NCBI RefSeq assembly: GCF_052425735.1 | Contig: NC_135765.1 | Coordinates: forward strand, 24,924,001 to 24,988,000 | Source: Oculina patagonica | Taxonomy: Eukaryota | Direction of reading: 5' to 3' | Length of the DNA: 64,000 nucleotides | Shown: positions 36,291 to 47,431 of the stretch, piece by piece | How positions within the stretch are numbered: the first letter of the stretch is position 1 | Layout: the number at the start of each line of letters is the position of its first letter | Made by a program: the position numbers and the translations under genes | The notes under the pieces: model-generated | Told to the model about the DNA's origin: nothing | The model's database searches: none | Seen by the model: only the letters and a program-made list of their open reading frames with translations

Positions 36291-38013
36291 GAGATGTACG
36301 CGCATTTGAACTTCACATGATGCGCTTTAATTCATTATCTTATCAGTCATTCCCAATATTAGTTTCGACCACCTTAAAAGGATGAAAAAAAAAAAATGTG
36401 GAATGTCACTCAAATCTTGCCCTGGTTCCACACATGAACAGTTCAGTTTTAACCGCGGGGTAGAACCGGCTAAAGGCAAATAAATTCATAGAAATATGCC
36501 GGTTACTTCCCTTGAGAATTCGAATTATTTTCTAGCATATGGCTTTCCTTATACAAATAAAAGGGTACTGAAACAGTTTTTATTATTCAGATTGAAATAT
36601 TAATGATGCTTTTGCACGACTATCGCGGTTTTTAGTTAGTCTTAACTGTTACGAGAAATTGTTCTTATCACCAAGATCTATCACAAGCGTTTCTTATTTA
36701 TGACTGGCGGTTTCAGCTCGTTTAAGCTTGCCGCAGCTTGTGTTTGAATTTAAGAGGGAAAGAAAGTTTCATTTAATTATGTAAAGCGATAGAAGGTTGT
36801 CAACCTGGCGGCTATCAGATCTGCTGTCTCTGTCATGACGTCATCATGGGAAAAGCTGCAATCGGTTCTATAGAACCGATTGAGGAACAATGAAGAAACA
36901 CTGAGATGAGCTGAAACGAACTTTAACATTTAAATTCATGGATGAAATCAGACATTTAAATGACCTTAATGCTCTGACTTCTTTGAGACATTAATAATAA
37001 ATCGAAATCAAGCAAACATGAAAGCATAGATCCCAATGAGTCGAATTCAGAATTATGTGAAGAAAAATTCGAACCTGTAAGTCAAAGACTTAATAGTTGG
37101 AAGAGAAGAAATATAAAGCCAACTATCAAAGGTGCGAAAAAAACACGGCAATCTCAATATGACTGACTATAACATTTTGAGCGAGGCTTAAAAGGTTGCT
37201 TGGATAAGACGATTATCCCTAAGGTCGCGATGAAATATCTTGGGGAAAGCTGTCATTTTCTGACACATTGAAACTACGATGTCAATTCTCTGCAAATTAA
37301 TCACCCCCAGTCTTCAAACTTTGGCAAAGTGTAAAACATGTTTTTTAGCGCATGCAAAAGACACTTTCACCCACAACGAAATATAATGTGGAACAATTGC
37401 AACATAAAATCGATGGTTAAGCACTATTTTATAAAAGCTGGTTCGAAAAAATTAATGTCCGTTTCGAAGACCTTCTTTTCATTAACGGTGGTCTCCTTTC
37501 TTGCAATCAATTTTCTAAAATAGTTTCATCTTAAAACCCCTTTTCCTCTTTCTTTTGGATAAATAAATTCTATTTCCACCACCAGGAAATAAAAATGACT
37601 CCTTCGGAAAATACTGACAAACACAATTTTTACTAAAACATTTACTCTGTTTTTAATTCTTAAAAAATGAGTTTTTTGTACCCTCCACCACGGAGAGCAA
37701 ATATTTGATATACGGTTTTACCAAAGAAAACATTAAGGATTTTATGAACTACCCTTCGAGATAAAAGAAAAATGTCATAAATAGCAATGTTTCAAAATTA
37801 TATTATAGGTGGTTTTTACTGTCACGCCACTGTCACGCCGCGAAAAAATAAATCCAAATAAAGTAAAAAGATCAAGAATATTAAGGTGTAGAAAACTACT
37901 ATATAAACTACATGTTCAAGTCTCAGGTCTGTACGTTATTCCGTACAGAGAAAGTGGCTTTCGCCTACATAACTACACATTTGGTATATCATTGTTTTCC
38001 AGGTGCATAGTAG

Positions 38014-40701
38014 ATGGTTAGAATGGCTACTCCGTTGTGGTTCTACGTGACTTTGTTTTACTGTGCGCTATTCTTCTCAGGAGTAACAGGAACTTACCGA
38101 TACTACCAGCCAGGTGACATCACTCTCGGAGGTCTCTTTCTTTTACACTACACTACAGAAGATGGCAAATGCGGTGACTTTTTCCCCATGGGCCTTGGGC
38201 ATGTAGAGGCGATGATATTTGCTATCGATAAAATCAACAGAAATACCAATCTGCTTCCAAACATAACTCTAGGATACGACATCCGGGACTACTGTGAAAG
38301 CGCTGCAAAGGCGATGGATCACACTTACGATTTTGTCCGACGAAATGATATGGTGAAGGAATTCCAAAACGCTAGCTGTTCATGTTGTGTGAAGGAGAAT
38401 GCCAGAACGCAGAATAAACCTACGTCGATAGCAGCAGTTATTGGTCCAACAGACTCAGGAAGCGCCGTTCTGGTGGCCAGCCTTTTGCAAGTGGCTGGTA
38501 TTCCAGTCATCAGCCACTCGGCAACAAGCAACGAGTTAAGCTCGCCACAGTACCGCCATTTCTTCCGTACAGCCCCTCCGGACGGACAGCAGGCAAGCGC
38601 CATGGCCGATATCATACAGCATTTTAACTGGAGCTACATTGCTGCGGTGGCGATGGACGACTCTTACGGTCGAAATGGAGTCTGGGAATTAGAATCTGAA
38701 GCTGAAAGGAGGAAAGCGTTTTGTATTTCCTTTGCCGAATATATACCCAGACAAGAGTACAATACAAAGTTAACAAGAGCCGTCGCCAAGCTTAAAAGTT
38801 ACCCAAACATTCGAGTCGTAGTGTTGTGGCTTTTCGGTGGATATGGGCGGCGTTTTCTGAAAGAAGCAGTGAAACAGAAGCTTTTTGACCGCACGTGGAT
38901 TCTAAGTGATGCTTTGGCGACAGAAGATGATGCGTTTGTCGGATTAAAAAACAGTGATCAAAAAATTCTTAATGGATCGCTTGGTGTTCAGCCGCGATAT
39001 TTAGACAATCAGGAATTCAAGAACTTCTTGCTTAAGGGAAATTTTAGGTCATCTTCAAGAAGTAAAGTTCCCTGGTGGAAAGAATTTTGGCAGAGCGAGA
39101 ATCAGTATAGCTGCTCTTCAATAGCTGGGCGCTATGACCGGAATGTCTGTATGGAAAGGGCTCTCCGCACTTTATACGACACCTACATCCCCTATGTGTT
39201 GGACGCTGTTTCTGCTGTTGCAAACGCCCTTCAGAACATGGAAAAATGTTCTTCATTAAAAAGTAGAAATTCTGGAGAAGTATGCGTAAAAGCTCAACCT
39301 ACCATAGACCCAGAAGAACTCGAGAAGTATCTTCGCGGTGTTGATTTCAAAGGTTTAACCGGGCGAGTCAGTTTTGACCAATTTGGTGATCCAGTAACAT
39401 CTTCCTATGATATCGTCCATTTTCAGGTCAGCGGTGCACTGTCCAATGCACATCATACTGTAAAGCGCGTCATCGGCTCGTGGGAAAAAGGCCGAAAGCA
39501 AAAACTTCAGTTGAATGATACCATTATCAAGTGGAATACAATGTCTAGTCAAACCGTTCCCCCAAGGTCATTCTGCCATGACGACTGTCAACCCGGCACA
39601 TTTCTGTCACTTACGACCCCTTGTTGTTGGGAGTGCATCAAATGCCCGGCTGGAGCCGTTAGCACCCAAGTGAATGACGTTAACTGCACTGAGTGCCCAC
39701 TAGGACAAATGCCGGATGAAGTAAGGTCAAAATGCCTGGATCTTCCAGAAGTTAAATTACAGTGGTCAAGCTTAACTTCTGTTCTTGTGATATTTTTTGC
39801 CACATTCGGACTTGTTCTCGTCGCCATTTGCAGTTTCATCCTTTACAAACATCGAGCAACACCTTTGGTAAAAGCAGCAAACCGTGAATTGAGTTTTATT
39901 CTTATGGTCGCCATTGCGCTTTCCTTTTCTGTGTCGATTTTGTCACTTGCCAAACCAACAAACTTCACGTGCAGTTTGGTTCACTGCTGGCGGTCCACGG
40001 TGCTCGTGACATTCATTTCCACCTTGATACTTAAAACAATGAAGATACTTAGTGCATTTCGAATAAATGTAATCGCAGAAAGATTCAAAAAGTTTATTCT
40101 ATCAACAAAAAGTCAAACATTTCTTGTTCTGGCACTTATCTCGATACCAGGTCTGTTTCTATCGCTCTGGATTGCGTTAGATTCACCACGTCAAGAACGA
40201 ATCATACAGCCACTGGAAGGCACAATTCTTCTGTCATGTTCTCTGCACCAATCATCTGTTGGAATGACACTTCAGATCGCAATTACTGTTTATACATCGT
40301 TTCTTGCAGTTGTTTGCACGTTCTATGCCTTCAAAGCAAGAACACTCCCAGAAAATTTTAACGAAGCGAGATATATTGGTTTTTCTATGTACATTTTACT
40401 GCTTTCGTCTGTAGCATACTATCCTCTGGATATCGGCCTCAAGGGTTCCTATGCCACAAACTTGACATGTGCGATGACTCTTTTAAGCTCCTATGGGTTG
40501 CTAGCCTGCATGTTCGGCCCAAAAATTTACGTTATTTCACGCCAGCCTGAAAAGAATACCCACGAGGCTGTTAGTTGCCAAGTGTCAGATTACTCGTTCA
40601 GCAGTTTCTTTAAGGGTAAAAACGGCATTTCTCCCGCACAGACAAGCAACCAAGAACACATGCACTTGGAATTTGCGTCTGTCAGTAGCTTGACAAACTA
40701 A
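38014..40701 (+). CDS. Class C GPCR (calcium-sensing / metabotropic glutamate receptor-like), 895 aa, single coding exon
   Basis: Signal peptide; Venus-flytrap motifs GDITLGGLF, NLLPNITLGYDIRDYC, FFRTAPPD, FNWSYI, DDSYG; Cys-rich CCWEC; 7TM with TPLVKAANRELS, LPENFNEARYIGFSMY, FGPKIY. Acceptor TTTTCCAG at ~38002 suggests a 5' UTR intron. Confidence 0.95.
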   Translation: MVRMATPLWFYVTLFYCALFFSGVTGTYRYYQPGDITLGGLFLLHYTTEDGKCGDFFPMGLGHVEAMIFAIDKINRNTNLLPNITLGYDIRDYCESAAKAMDHTYDFVRRNDMVKEFQNASCSCCVKENARTQNKPTSIAAVIGPTDSGSAVLVASLLQVAGIPVISHSATSNELSSPQYRHFFRTAPPDGQQASAMADIIQHFNWSYIAAVAMDDSYGRNGVWELESEAERRKAFCISFAEYIPRQEYNTKLTRAVAKLKSYPNIRVVVLWLFGGYGRRFLKEAVKQKLFDRTWILSDALATEDDAFVGLKNSDQKILNGSLGVQPRYLDNQEFKNFLLKGNFRSSSRSKVPWWKEFWQSENQYSCSSIAGRYDRNVCMERALRTLYDTYIPYVLDAVSAVANALQNMEKCSSLKSRNSGEVCVKAQPTIDPEELEKYLRGVDFKGLTGRVSFDQFGDPVTSSYDIVHFQVSGALSNAHHTVKRVIGSWEKGRKQKLQLNDTIIKWNTMSSQTVPPRSFCHDDCQPGTFLSLTTPCCWECIKCPAGAVSTQVNDVNCTECPLGQMPDEVRSKCLDLPEVKLQWSSLTSVLVIFFATFGLVLVAICSFILYKHRATPLVKAANRELSFILMVAIALSFSVSILSLAKPTNFTCSLVHCWRSTVLVTFISTLILKTMKILSAFRINVIAERFKKFILSTKSQTFLVLALISIPGLFLSLWIALDSPRQERIIQPLEGTILLSCSLHQSSVGMTLQIAITVYTSFLAVVCTFYAFKARTLPENFNEARYIGFSMYILLLSSVAYYPLDIGLKGSYATNLTCAMTLLSSYGLLACMFGPKIYVISRQPEKNTHEAVSCQVSDYSFSSFFKGKNGISPAQTSNQEHMHLEFASVSSLTN

Positions 40702-43221
40702 TTGCTGTTTTTCACTGCCATATCATAAAAAAAATATAATCTATACCATTAAATTAAAAATAAGGTCAAAAAGTGATAGGTTGTAGAAAATCAGTCAACG
40801 AAGTTCTATTCGAAGTCTCAGTTTAAAATGAGTGGTAAACTGAAAGCATTCTGCTGCGGCGGCATCTAAATCGTAAGATAAATTCAGTTAACACAGTGAA
40901 CTATGCTAAGCTGTTTACAGCCCTCAATATTCTTAGGCCGTGGATCGCGAGGCAAAAACTCGTGATCAAAGCAGTCAAGATTGATGACCCTGTACGACAT
41001 CCTCAAGCCACTTATTTCTGAATGAGGAAAGTAAATTCGTTTAAATTGGCAAAGCCATGGATTCTAAGAAAATTCGGTAAAAATATCCATACAAAGCAGT
41101 TAAAGCGATCGCTGAGCTCCCTTTAGGATGAAATTGAAGACAGCTTGGAATATAAGCCCTTGGAAGTTCAAGCAAATTGATACCCCACCGTGGTACAAGA
41201 GGGGGGAGGGGTGGAAGGACGTGGATGGAACACCTCCCCAGGTTTCTCGTTCTATTAACGCGCAACGAAACTATTTTCCACTGGGTTGACAGTTCTTAGC
41301 CTTCTCTACAAGATGACATAATTTTTGTTGGCTGTGACTTCATTAATAAGAAGAACGGAAAATAACGGAAATTAATGCAAAGTCAAGCAAGAATGCTGAT
41401 GGAAAAGTCACGCATCATAGTGGTGACGTAGCAAAATCTACGCAAGGGATGCACGAACAGCTACTGAAAGTAAAACATCTCTTTAAAATTACGGAGAAAC
41501 CTCATCGGGAAGTTTGGCATCCACCCCCTTAGCCCTCCCCCTCTCCCCCGCCCATGTACGTTAGGGGCAATTGCAGCTGCTGTTGTGTTGTTTGTTACAC
41601 GCAATCAGTAAGTCCATTTGCATTTCCACTTAGTCCATCACTACAAAACTTAAGCCCATTTTTGAACCCCACCCACCGTCTCTTTTTCACACCATTACCT
41701 TCTCGTCGGCTGCCAACTTGCCCCGTTTGAAGCCATATTTTTAGCAGCCCCACACCCATTCCCTCATCTAATAAATGAAAGGTCCCTCAGGGAATTGCTC
41801 TCAATTGTTTATTAGGAAAAGTTAAATCACTAAACATTCCGGACCTTAATAATTTTCCCTCCCGCGCTCTTTTTACAACAAATGAATCAAACTGCAAACA
41901 GACGCAAAAACATAATTGTCTGTAAAGCATATTGAACACAGTGAAATCAATTGGCTGAAGAGCATTCCATGAAAGATTTAAGTTTCAATTTGGCAACTGT
42001 TCACGAAATGTTTGCATGGAGTGTCGTTTCCTTATTTACAAATCAGTGACAGGTACATTTTCTGGCTCTGTGGACAACTTTGATCTACTACAGGTAAATT
42101 GTCTGGTTTCGTAAACAACTGTTTACAGGTTGATCAACTGGCTCCGCAAAACAACAGTTGCCTCCAGTGACCGGAGATAAGTTGTCATGGGCGTTAAAAA
42201 ATGCGGCAGCGAATGCAACATGCAGCAATTAAAAAAAAACTGTTACGAGTCATGAAAACAAAAACATTGGGCGGTCAACTTGAATGCGTAGAAAATACAA
42301 ATGGAGTCGCTCTACCGATACTGGGAAGCTGTGAGTTTCTATTTTAAACAACTATAATGAGAAACGAACATTTAGTTATTAGATAAATTTTATTTAAATA
42401 ACCTTTACAATGGCTTTAAGGAAGTGAGAGACCAGATATATTTCTCGGCTTGAGAAAAAGTATGTGGTCAGTGGCATTTGCTTAGCTCATCCTTGGTGTA
42501 AAAACCCGTGAAACTCATCAGTGACGTAAAATTTAAAAACGAAAACAACAACAACAAGCAAGACAACATAAATAGAGCCTCGAAACATAAATAGAGCAAG
42601 GAAACAAAAGCATAAGGGTAGTGATTCAACAGCGTCTTGCTAAGTCTGGCTAAGGATTCGTCTGAGTGGGTCTTGGTTGACTTACCAAGAAAACGAAAAG
42701 AAAAAACTTGTACCTTTATAGGCGTACAGCGGTGAACTGACTTATAGATGTATTGTATTTATGCAAATGGAACTCATGTGGGTTTCTATTTAGAGCATAC
42801 TGCTTGAGTGTAACAGAACGATGAAGTATAGGACACGAAAGAAACTAAAAAGATTGCTTGCCTGCCTTGCCGTTTTTTTGTTCTACACGGTATACAAGAA
42901 TTGGTTTGGAACAGTGAAAACAAATAGCTCGGAAGGTAAGTAAACTTCTGAGTATAATGGAATACGTACTTCTTATACTGGAACATATAACCTTACATAA
43001 TGTAATTAATATTACCGCTAATTTCAATGAAAAATTTTTATTATAAACATTACAATATTTGAAAGACTACAGCAGAAAACGACTAAAGATAAAAAATGCA
43101 ACCAGGTAAAGCCCCTTTCGTTCGTCTTTTCCATTTTTTTGGTATTTTCTATTATTTTTTGAATATGTATTATCACCATTTTTGCATTAACAAATTGCAT
43201 TTTAAATGTAACTTGTTGTTT

Positions 43222-43301
43222 AACGACCATCTTCACTTGTGAGTAAAACTTACGGTGTAAAGTTTCCTCACAACTGAAGATGGTCGTTGAAAAACCGAAA
43301 C
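43222..43301 (+). mobile_element. Short hairpin with hammerhead-like core, possible Penelope-like relic
   Basis: AACGACCATCTTCA...TGAAGATGGTCGTT palindrome; CTGAAGA-TGGT..ACC-GAAAC. Confidence 0.4.
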
Positions 43302-45106
43302 TTTTCGACATGTGACATGTCAAAATCAAATGTGTCCTTTTCTTTCTAAAAATTATAGTCAGGTAATTAATTTTGTTTTTTTAAACAGTATATGATAAAG
43401 CTTAAAAAAGTGCTCGGGCTCCCTGTGCGCGAACGAACCAATATTAATGACTGTCTCTGCACGGACATCGAATTCCTAAATTTTTAAATTTGTCAAATGA
43501 ACAAAGTCTTTAATTTTGAAAACTTTGCCAAAATATTTAAAGCAATAAACTTGATCAGCCACTAAACAGATCGCTCAAAACGCCCACTCAGCCGTTTCCA
43601 GGATAAGAAGGAAGCCAGAAAGAATCCTTTTTACCGTGCCATTTTTTCGCAAACGAGCCTGGGGGCTCTCGATCCGGACAGACCTAAAATGTTCGTGTAG
43701 GTAGATCCTTTCGAGTTTTCCTTTGCTCTATTTCAAAGAACTGCTTTACTCTTAAAGACCAGTTTGTACAACAAGCCTTACATGAGCCGAACCTCTAAAT
43801 ACAATCGGAAAACTGAAATAGCTAAGCGGGGTTTGTTGGTCAGCGTCTTTGAAAAAATCAAATTAACCTGAAGAGATTTTCCTTGTTTGTTCCGGAAAGC
43901 AACATCTTCGGCTTGATATGATCGAAGATATGATTGCTAAAAATTAATTTTAAACATGTATCTGCAGAGTAGACAGATGGTGGTTTCTTTCGTCTTTGTG
44001 AGGGCTCTCCGATCGGATATGTCGTATCAGTTAACGACACAACCGTGCAAGTTTATTCTCGTTCGTTCGTCCTGAAATAAGACATACATGTATCTTCATA
44101 ATTAGCGGTCTTGTTTGTTTCGGTGGTTTGCCTCTATCTACGCGTGCTTTTCAGGAAAAATAACTCTGGTTGAACAACTTCAAAGCCATTCTTTACATAA
44201 ATTTAAGACATAAAAAACATGAAACCCTATACAAATTTTTGGTATCGATTCCGTGGATTCTTTAGTAAATAAAGTCTTTTGAGATGTCCCAGATGAACGG
44301 GATATGTGCCTCACTTTTACGAAACGGATATCTTAATGGTATTTTTCCATTTTTAGACGTGATAACAATCTAGACGTTATCAAAAGAGATTTTAAGTGAA
44401 AGCGAATGATGTTAATGGTATAATCTAGCTACTTTAACCTACTTCACCTATTTTGTCGGAGAACCTCTACAAACCCCGCAGTTTCTGTTCAATGCGAACA
44501 AAGAGGACTGGATTCAAATGTTCGTTTCCAAGTTCTATTTACGGTGATCAGTGCGAACGTTGTAGGTAAATAATCTAAATGCATTAGTCACAAATGCATT
44601 CCTCGTACAATACGAGGTTCTAAACGAATCGACATTATCTACAATTTGAAAATCCAACAATTCTGTACCTACATTATATTCTACCTAAGGTTTCATAGTT
44701 CTGTGTTTCGTGAGTAGATAACACCTAGCTTAGGAACATTCAAATGTCGAAACGACAAGATAGAGCAGTCTTGCCACCTGGCAAATCGAAGGCAAGCAAG
44801 TTGTTGTCGACTAAAAGGAAATCAATAAAAGACGCTCCCCAGTCTCAACCAATCAACATGAGGTACCCCCCCCCCCCCCCCCCAATCACACACACTTATA
44901 TTTGTATAACCTTATAAAAGGAATTGGGGCGGGGAATACCTGGAGAAAGAAAAGTAATCCTGTCCTGTACCGTGGGGAGGGTCTACACTCTTTGGTAAAA
45001 AAAAAAAATAGTTTATTTTTTTAATATATTTTGATATTTATGTGACCTTGAAAATTTACATTTTGGTTATTTATTGGTTTCAGGTTATCCTCAAATTTTT
45101 CCCAAC

Positions 45107-47242
45107 ATGAAGTTTGCCACCGAGAGTAACGATGAGTACAAATACGACATTATCATCATTGGTTCAGGTCCAACAGCCCTAGGCGCTGCTCAAAGAGTTT
45201 TTGAGCTGAACAAAAAGTTTCCTAACCTAACGATTGCTATCCTCGAACAAAATGGCAAGCCAGGTGGGCTTGCTTCATCTGAGAGAGATGATCAAGGATT
45301 CCTCTGGGACATGGGAGGACATGTGATATTTTCACACTACGATTACTTTGATGACACCCTTAACAGGACTGTTAAGAGTTGGAATAGGAGAGAACGAGCT
45401 GCGTATGCCTTCATGAAGGGATCCGATGGCATTAGAAGATTTATCCCCTACCCCGTTCAAAACAATATCGAGGTTATGGACAGAGTGGACCAGCAAAAGT
45501 GCCTATCGGGGCTTGAGGACGTTGCAGCAAATAATGTGACAAAAGGAAAGCCTGTTAATTTCGACCAGTGGCTTGTCCTTAACTTTGGTGTTGGTCTTTG
45601 CGAAGTATTTATGAGAAAGTACAATAGAAAAATTTGGACGGTTGATCCTTCTGAAATGAACTTTGCCTGGGTTGGCGAGCGTGTTGCAGTTCCTAATATT
45701 AGTGAGATAAAGCATAAGATTGAAATGTATGGCAATGAAACCTCACCGAAAGATTCAGCATGGGGACCTAATAACTTCTTTCGATATCCGAAGTATAAAG
45801 GAACTGGTGGAATATGGCAAGCCATTGCTGACCGGCTTCCTGTTAAGTGGTTTAAGTTCTATAATAAAGTCATAGAGCTGAATATCGACACAAGGTCTGT
45901 AACGGTCGAGAGGGCCACACCGGTTAAATTAGTGCAGGAATATACGTTTGACACTGTAATATCTACAGCACCGCTCGACATATTTGTCAATATGATAACT
46001 GGTAGGGACGAGTCTCTAGGGAAGATGAAGAAATTGGCATCCCAGCTAGTTTATTCACGCACTCATGTTATAGGTATAGGCCTTGCTGGTCAACCTCCAC
46101 CGATGCTTTCACACAAGTCTTGGGTGTACTTTCCTGATGCAGACTCTCCATTCTATCGGCTAACAGTATTCTCTAGCTACTCAGACGATCACGTTCCAGA
46201 GCCTAGAAAACAGTGGTCACTCATGTGTGAGGCGGCAGAACCTAAACAAAACTCCAATTCAGAATACTGGAGAAAGGACAATTTAATTAATGCGACTTTT
46301 CAAGCATTGATAGATTATGGATTCATTACATCAGACATGATTGTTTCAAAATACTATCGACGGCTGGAACACGGGTATCCGGTTCCTACTCTCAACAGAG
46401 AAACGATTCTGGACAAAGTCCAGCCTTGGTTGGAGTCTAAAGGCATCTACTCACGTGGTCGGTTTGGAGGTTGGCGATATGAAGTTTCAAACCAAGACCA
46501 CTCGTTCATGCAAGGTGTTGAAGTCGTCGACAGAATGCTGAGAGGAATTCCAGAGGAAACTTACTTTGACCCAAGCCTTGTAAATTCCAGGCGAAACACT
46601 GGTCGGGTTTTTTCTTACGAATTTGTGATTGCTCATTATAACGAAAATCTTGATTGGATTACACCGATAGCCAGTAACGCTCATGTCTATCACAAGGGCA
46701 ACGATCTTCAGCCTCCGCCCGTACAACTGCATGCCTGGGATAGGTTACCTAACGTTGGCCGGGAAAGTCACACTTACCTGCACCACATCATAAACAATTA
46801 TGACAACTTGCCAGAGACAACTATTTTCCTACAGGCAGACAACAGGCATCTTCCTTGTAGATTCTTTACAAGACCTCCAATGGATTACGTTTATGAAATA
46901 AAAAGCATGACATCACTGAACATTACTTGTCAAAAACCCAGACGTTTTACGTCGTGGGAAGAAATTCGCTACTCAAGCAAGTGGCTTAAGATATTGAGAA
47001 GTGGTGAAATGCGTCGTGCTAATTTGACTTTGCGGGATTTTTTCACGGAACTGTTTGGCTTTCCTCCACCAAGTTTCGTTTATTTTTGCCCCGGAGGTTG
47101 TTTCGCTGCAACGCGGGACATGATCAAGAAGCATCCAAAAAGCTTTTACATTAAGGCTGTATCATTCCTAGATAACCATCCTAACCCAGAGGAAGGTCAT
47201 TATTTTGAAAGGCTTTGGTCTACAATATTTTCTTTACCCTAA
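45107..47242 (+). CDS. Eukaryotic-type UDP-galactopyranose mutase (FAD-dependent) fused to a C-terminal DUF3431-like domain (711 aa from ATG 45107)
   Basis: IIGSGPT, GGLASS, DMGGHVIFSHY, PYPVQNNI, FMRKYNRKIW, WVGERVAVP, WGPN.FRYP..GTGGIW, WVYFPD..PFYR, HGYP, SRGRFGGWRYEVSNQDHSFMQGVE follow fungal, trypanosomatid and nematode UGM. After ~46620: VIAHYNENLDWI, LPNVGRESHTYLHHIINNYDNLPETTIFLQ, F.ATRDMI, GHYFERLW.IF. Splice acceptor at 45082-45083. Confidence 0.9.
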   Translation: MKFATESNDEYKYDIIIIGSGPTALGAAQRVFELNKKFPNLTIAILEQNGKPGGLASSERDDQGFLWDMGGHVIFSHYDYFDDTLNRTVKSWNRRERAAYAFMKGSDGIRRFIPYPVQNNIEVMDRVDQQKCLSGLEDVAANNVTKGKPVNFDQWLVLNFGVGLCEVFMRKYNRKIWTVDPSEMNFAWVGERVAVPNISEIKHKIEMYGNETSPKDSAWGPNNFFRYPKYKGTGGIWQAIADRLPVKWFKFYNKVIELNIDTRSVTVERATPVKLVQEYTFDTVISTAPLDIFVNMITGRDESLGKMKKLASQLVYSRTHVIGIGLAGQPPPMLSHKSWVYFPDADSPFYRLTVFSSYSDDHVPEPRKQWSLMCEAAEPKQNSNSEYWRKDNLINATFQALIDYGFITSDMIVSKYYRRLEHGYPVPTLNRETILDKVQPWLESKGIYSRGRFGGWRYEVSNQDHSFMQGVEVVDRMLRGIPEETYFDPSLVNSRRNTGRVFSYEFVIAHYNENLDWITPIASNAHVYHKGNDLQPPPVQLHAWDRLPNVGRESHTYLHHIINNYDNLPETTIFLQADNRHLPCRFFTRPPMDYVYEIKSMTSLNITCQKPRRFTSWEEIRYSSKWLKILRSGEMRRANLTLRDFFTELFGFPPPSFVYFCPGGCFAATRDMIKKHPKSFYIKAVSFLDNHPNPEEGHYFERLWSTIFSLP

Positions 47243-47254
47243 ACAACCCTTTGT

Positions 47255-47431
47255 CAGTGACGGCGGAGCTTGGGTGGCTGGGGGGGGGGGGGGGGGGCTT
47301 TAGCCCCCTCAGAATTTCCGAAAAAAAAAAGACTTACTAAGAGAAGAGTCTTTTAACCCCCCCCCCCCACTTCAAGTCACTAGTCAGCCCCCCCCCCCCC
47401 CCCCACTTGGAAAATTGTTCCGCTGTCCCTG
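47255..47431. mobile_element. Small MITE just downstream of the UGM-fusion stop codon
   Basis: CAGTGACGGCGGA ... TCCGCTGTCCCTG inverted ends with G/C runs; TTTGT on both flanks. Confidence 0.5.

Noticed and set aside
45074-45106. ORF-track start of the UGM fusion
   Set aside because: The TTG lies within the splice acceptor tract; ATG 45107 or an upstream exon is more plausible.
45107-46610. Protoporphyrinogen oxidase / amine oxidase call
   Set aside because: Same FAD fold, but GGHVIFSHY, GERVA and RYEV.NQDHSFM are characteristic of eukaryotic UGM.
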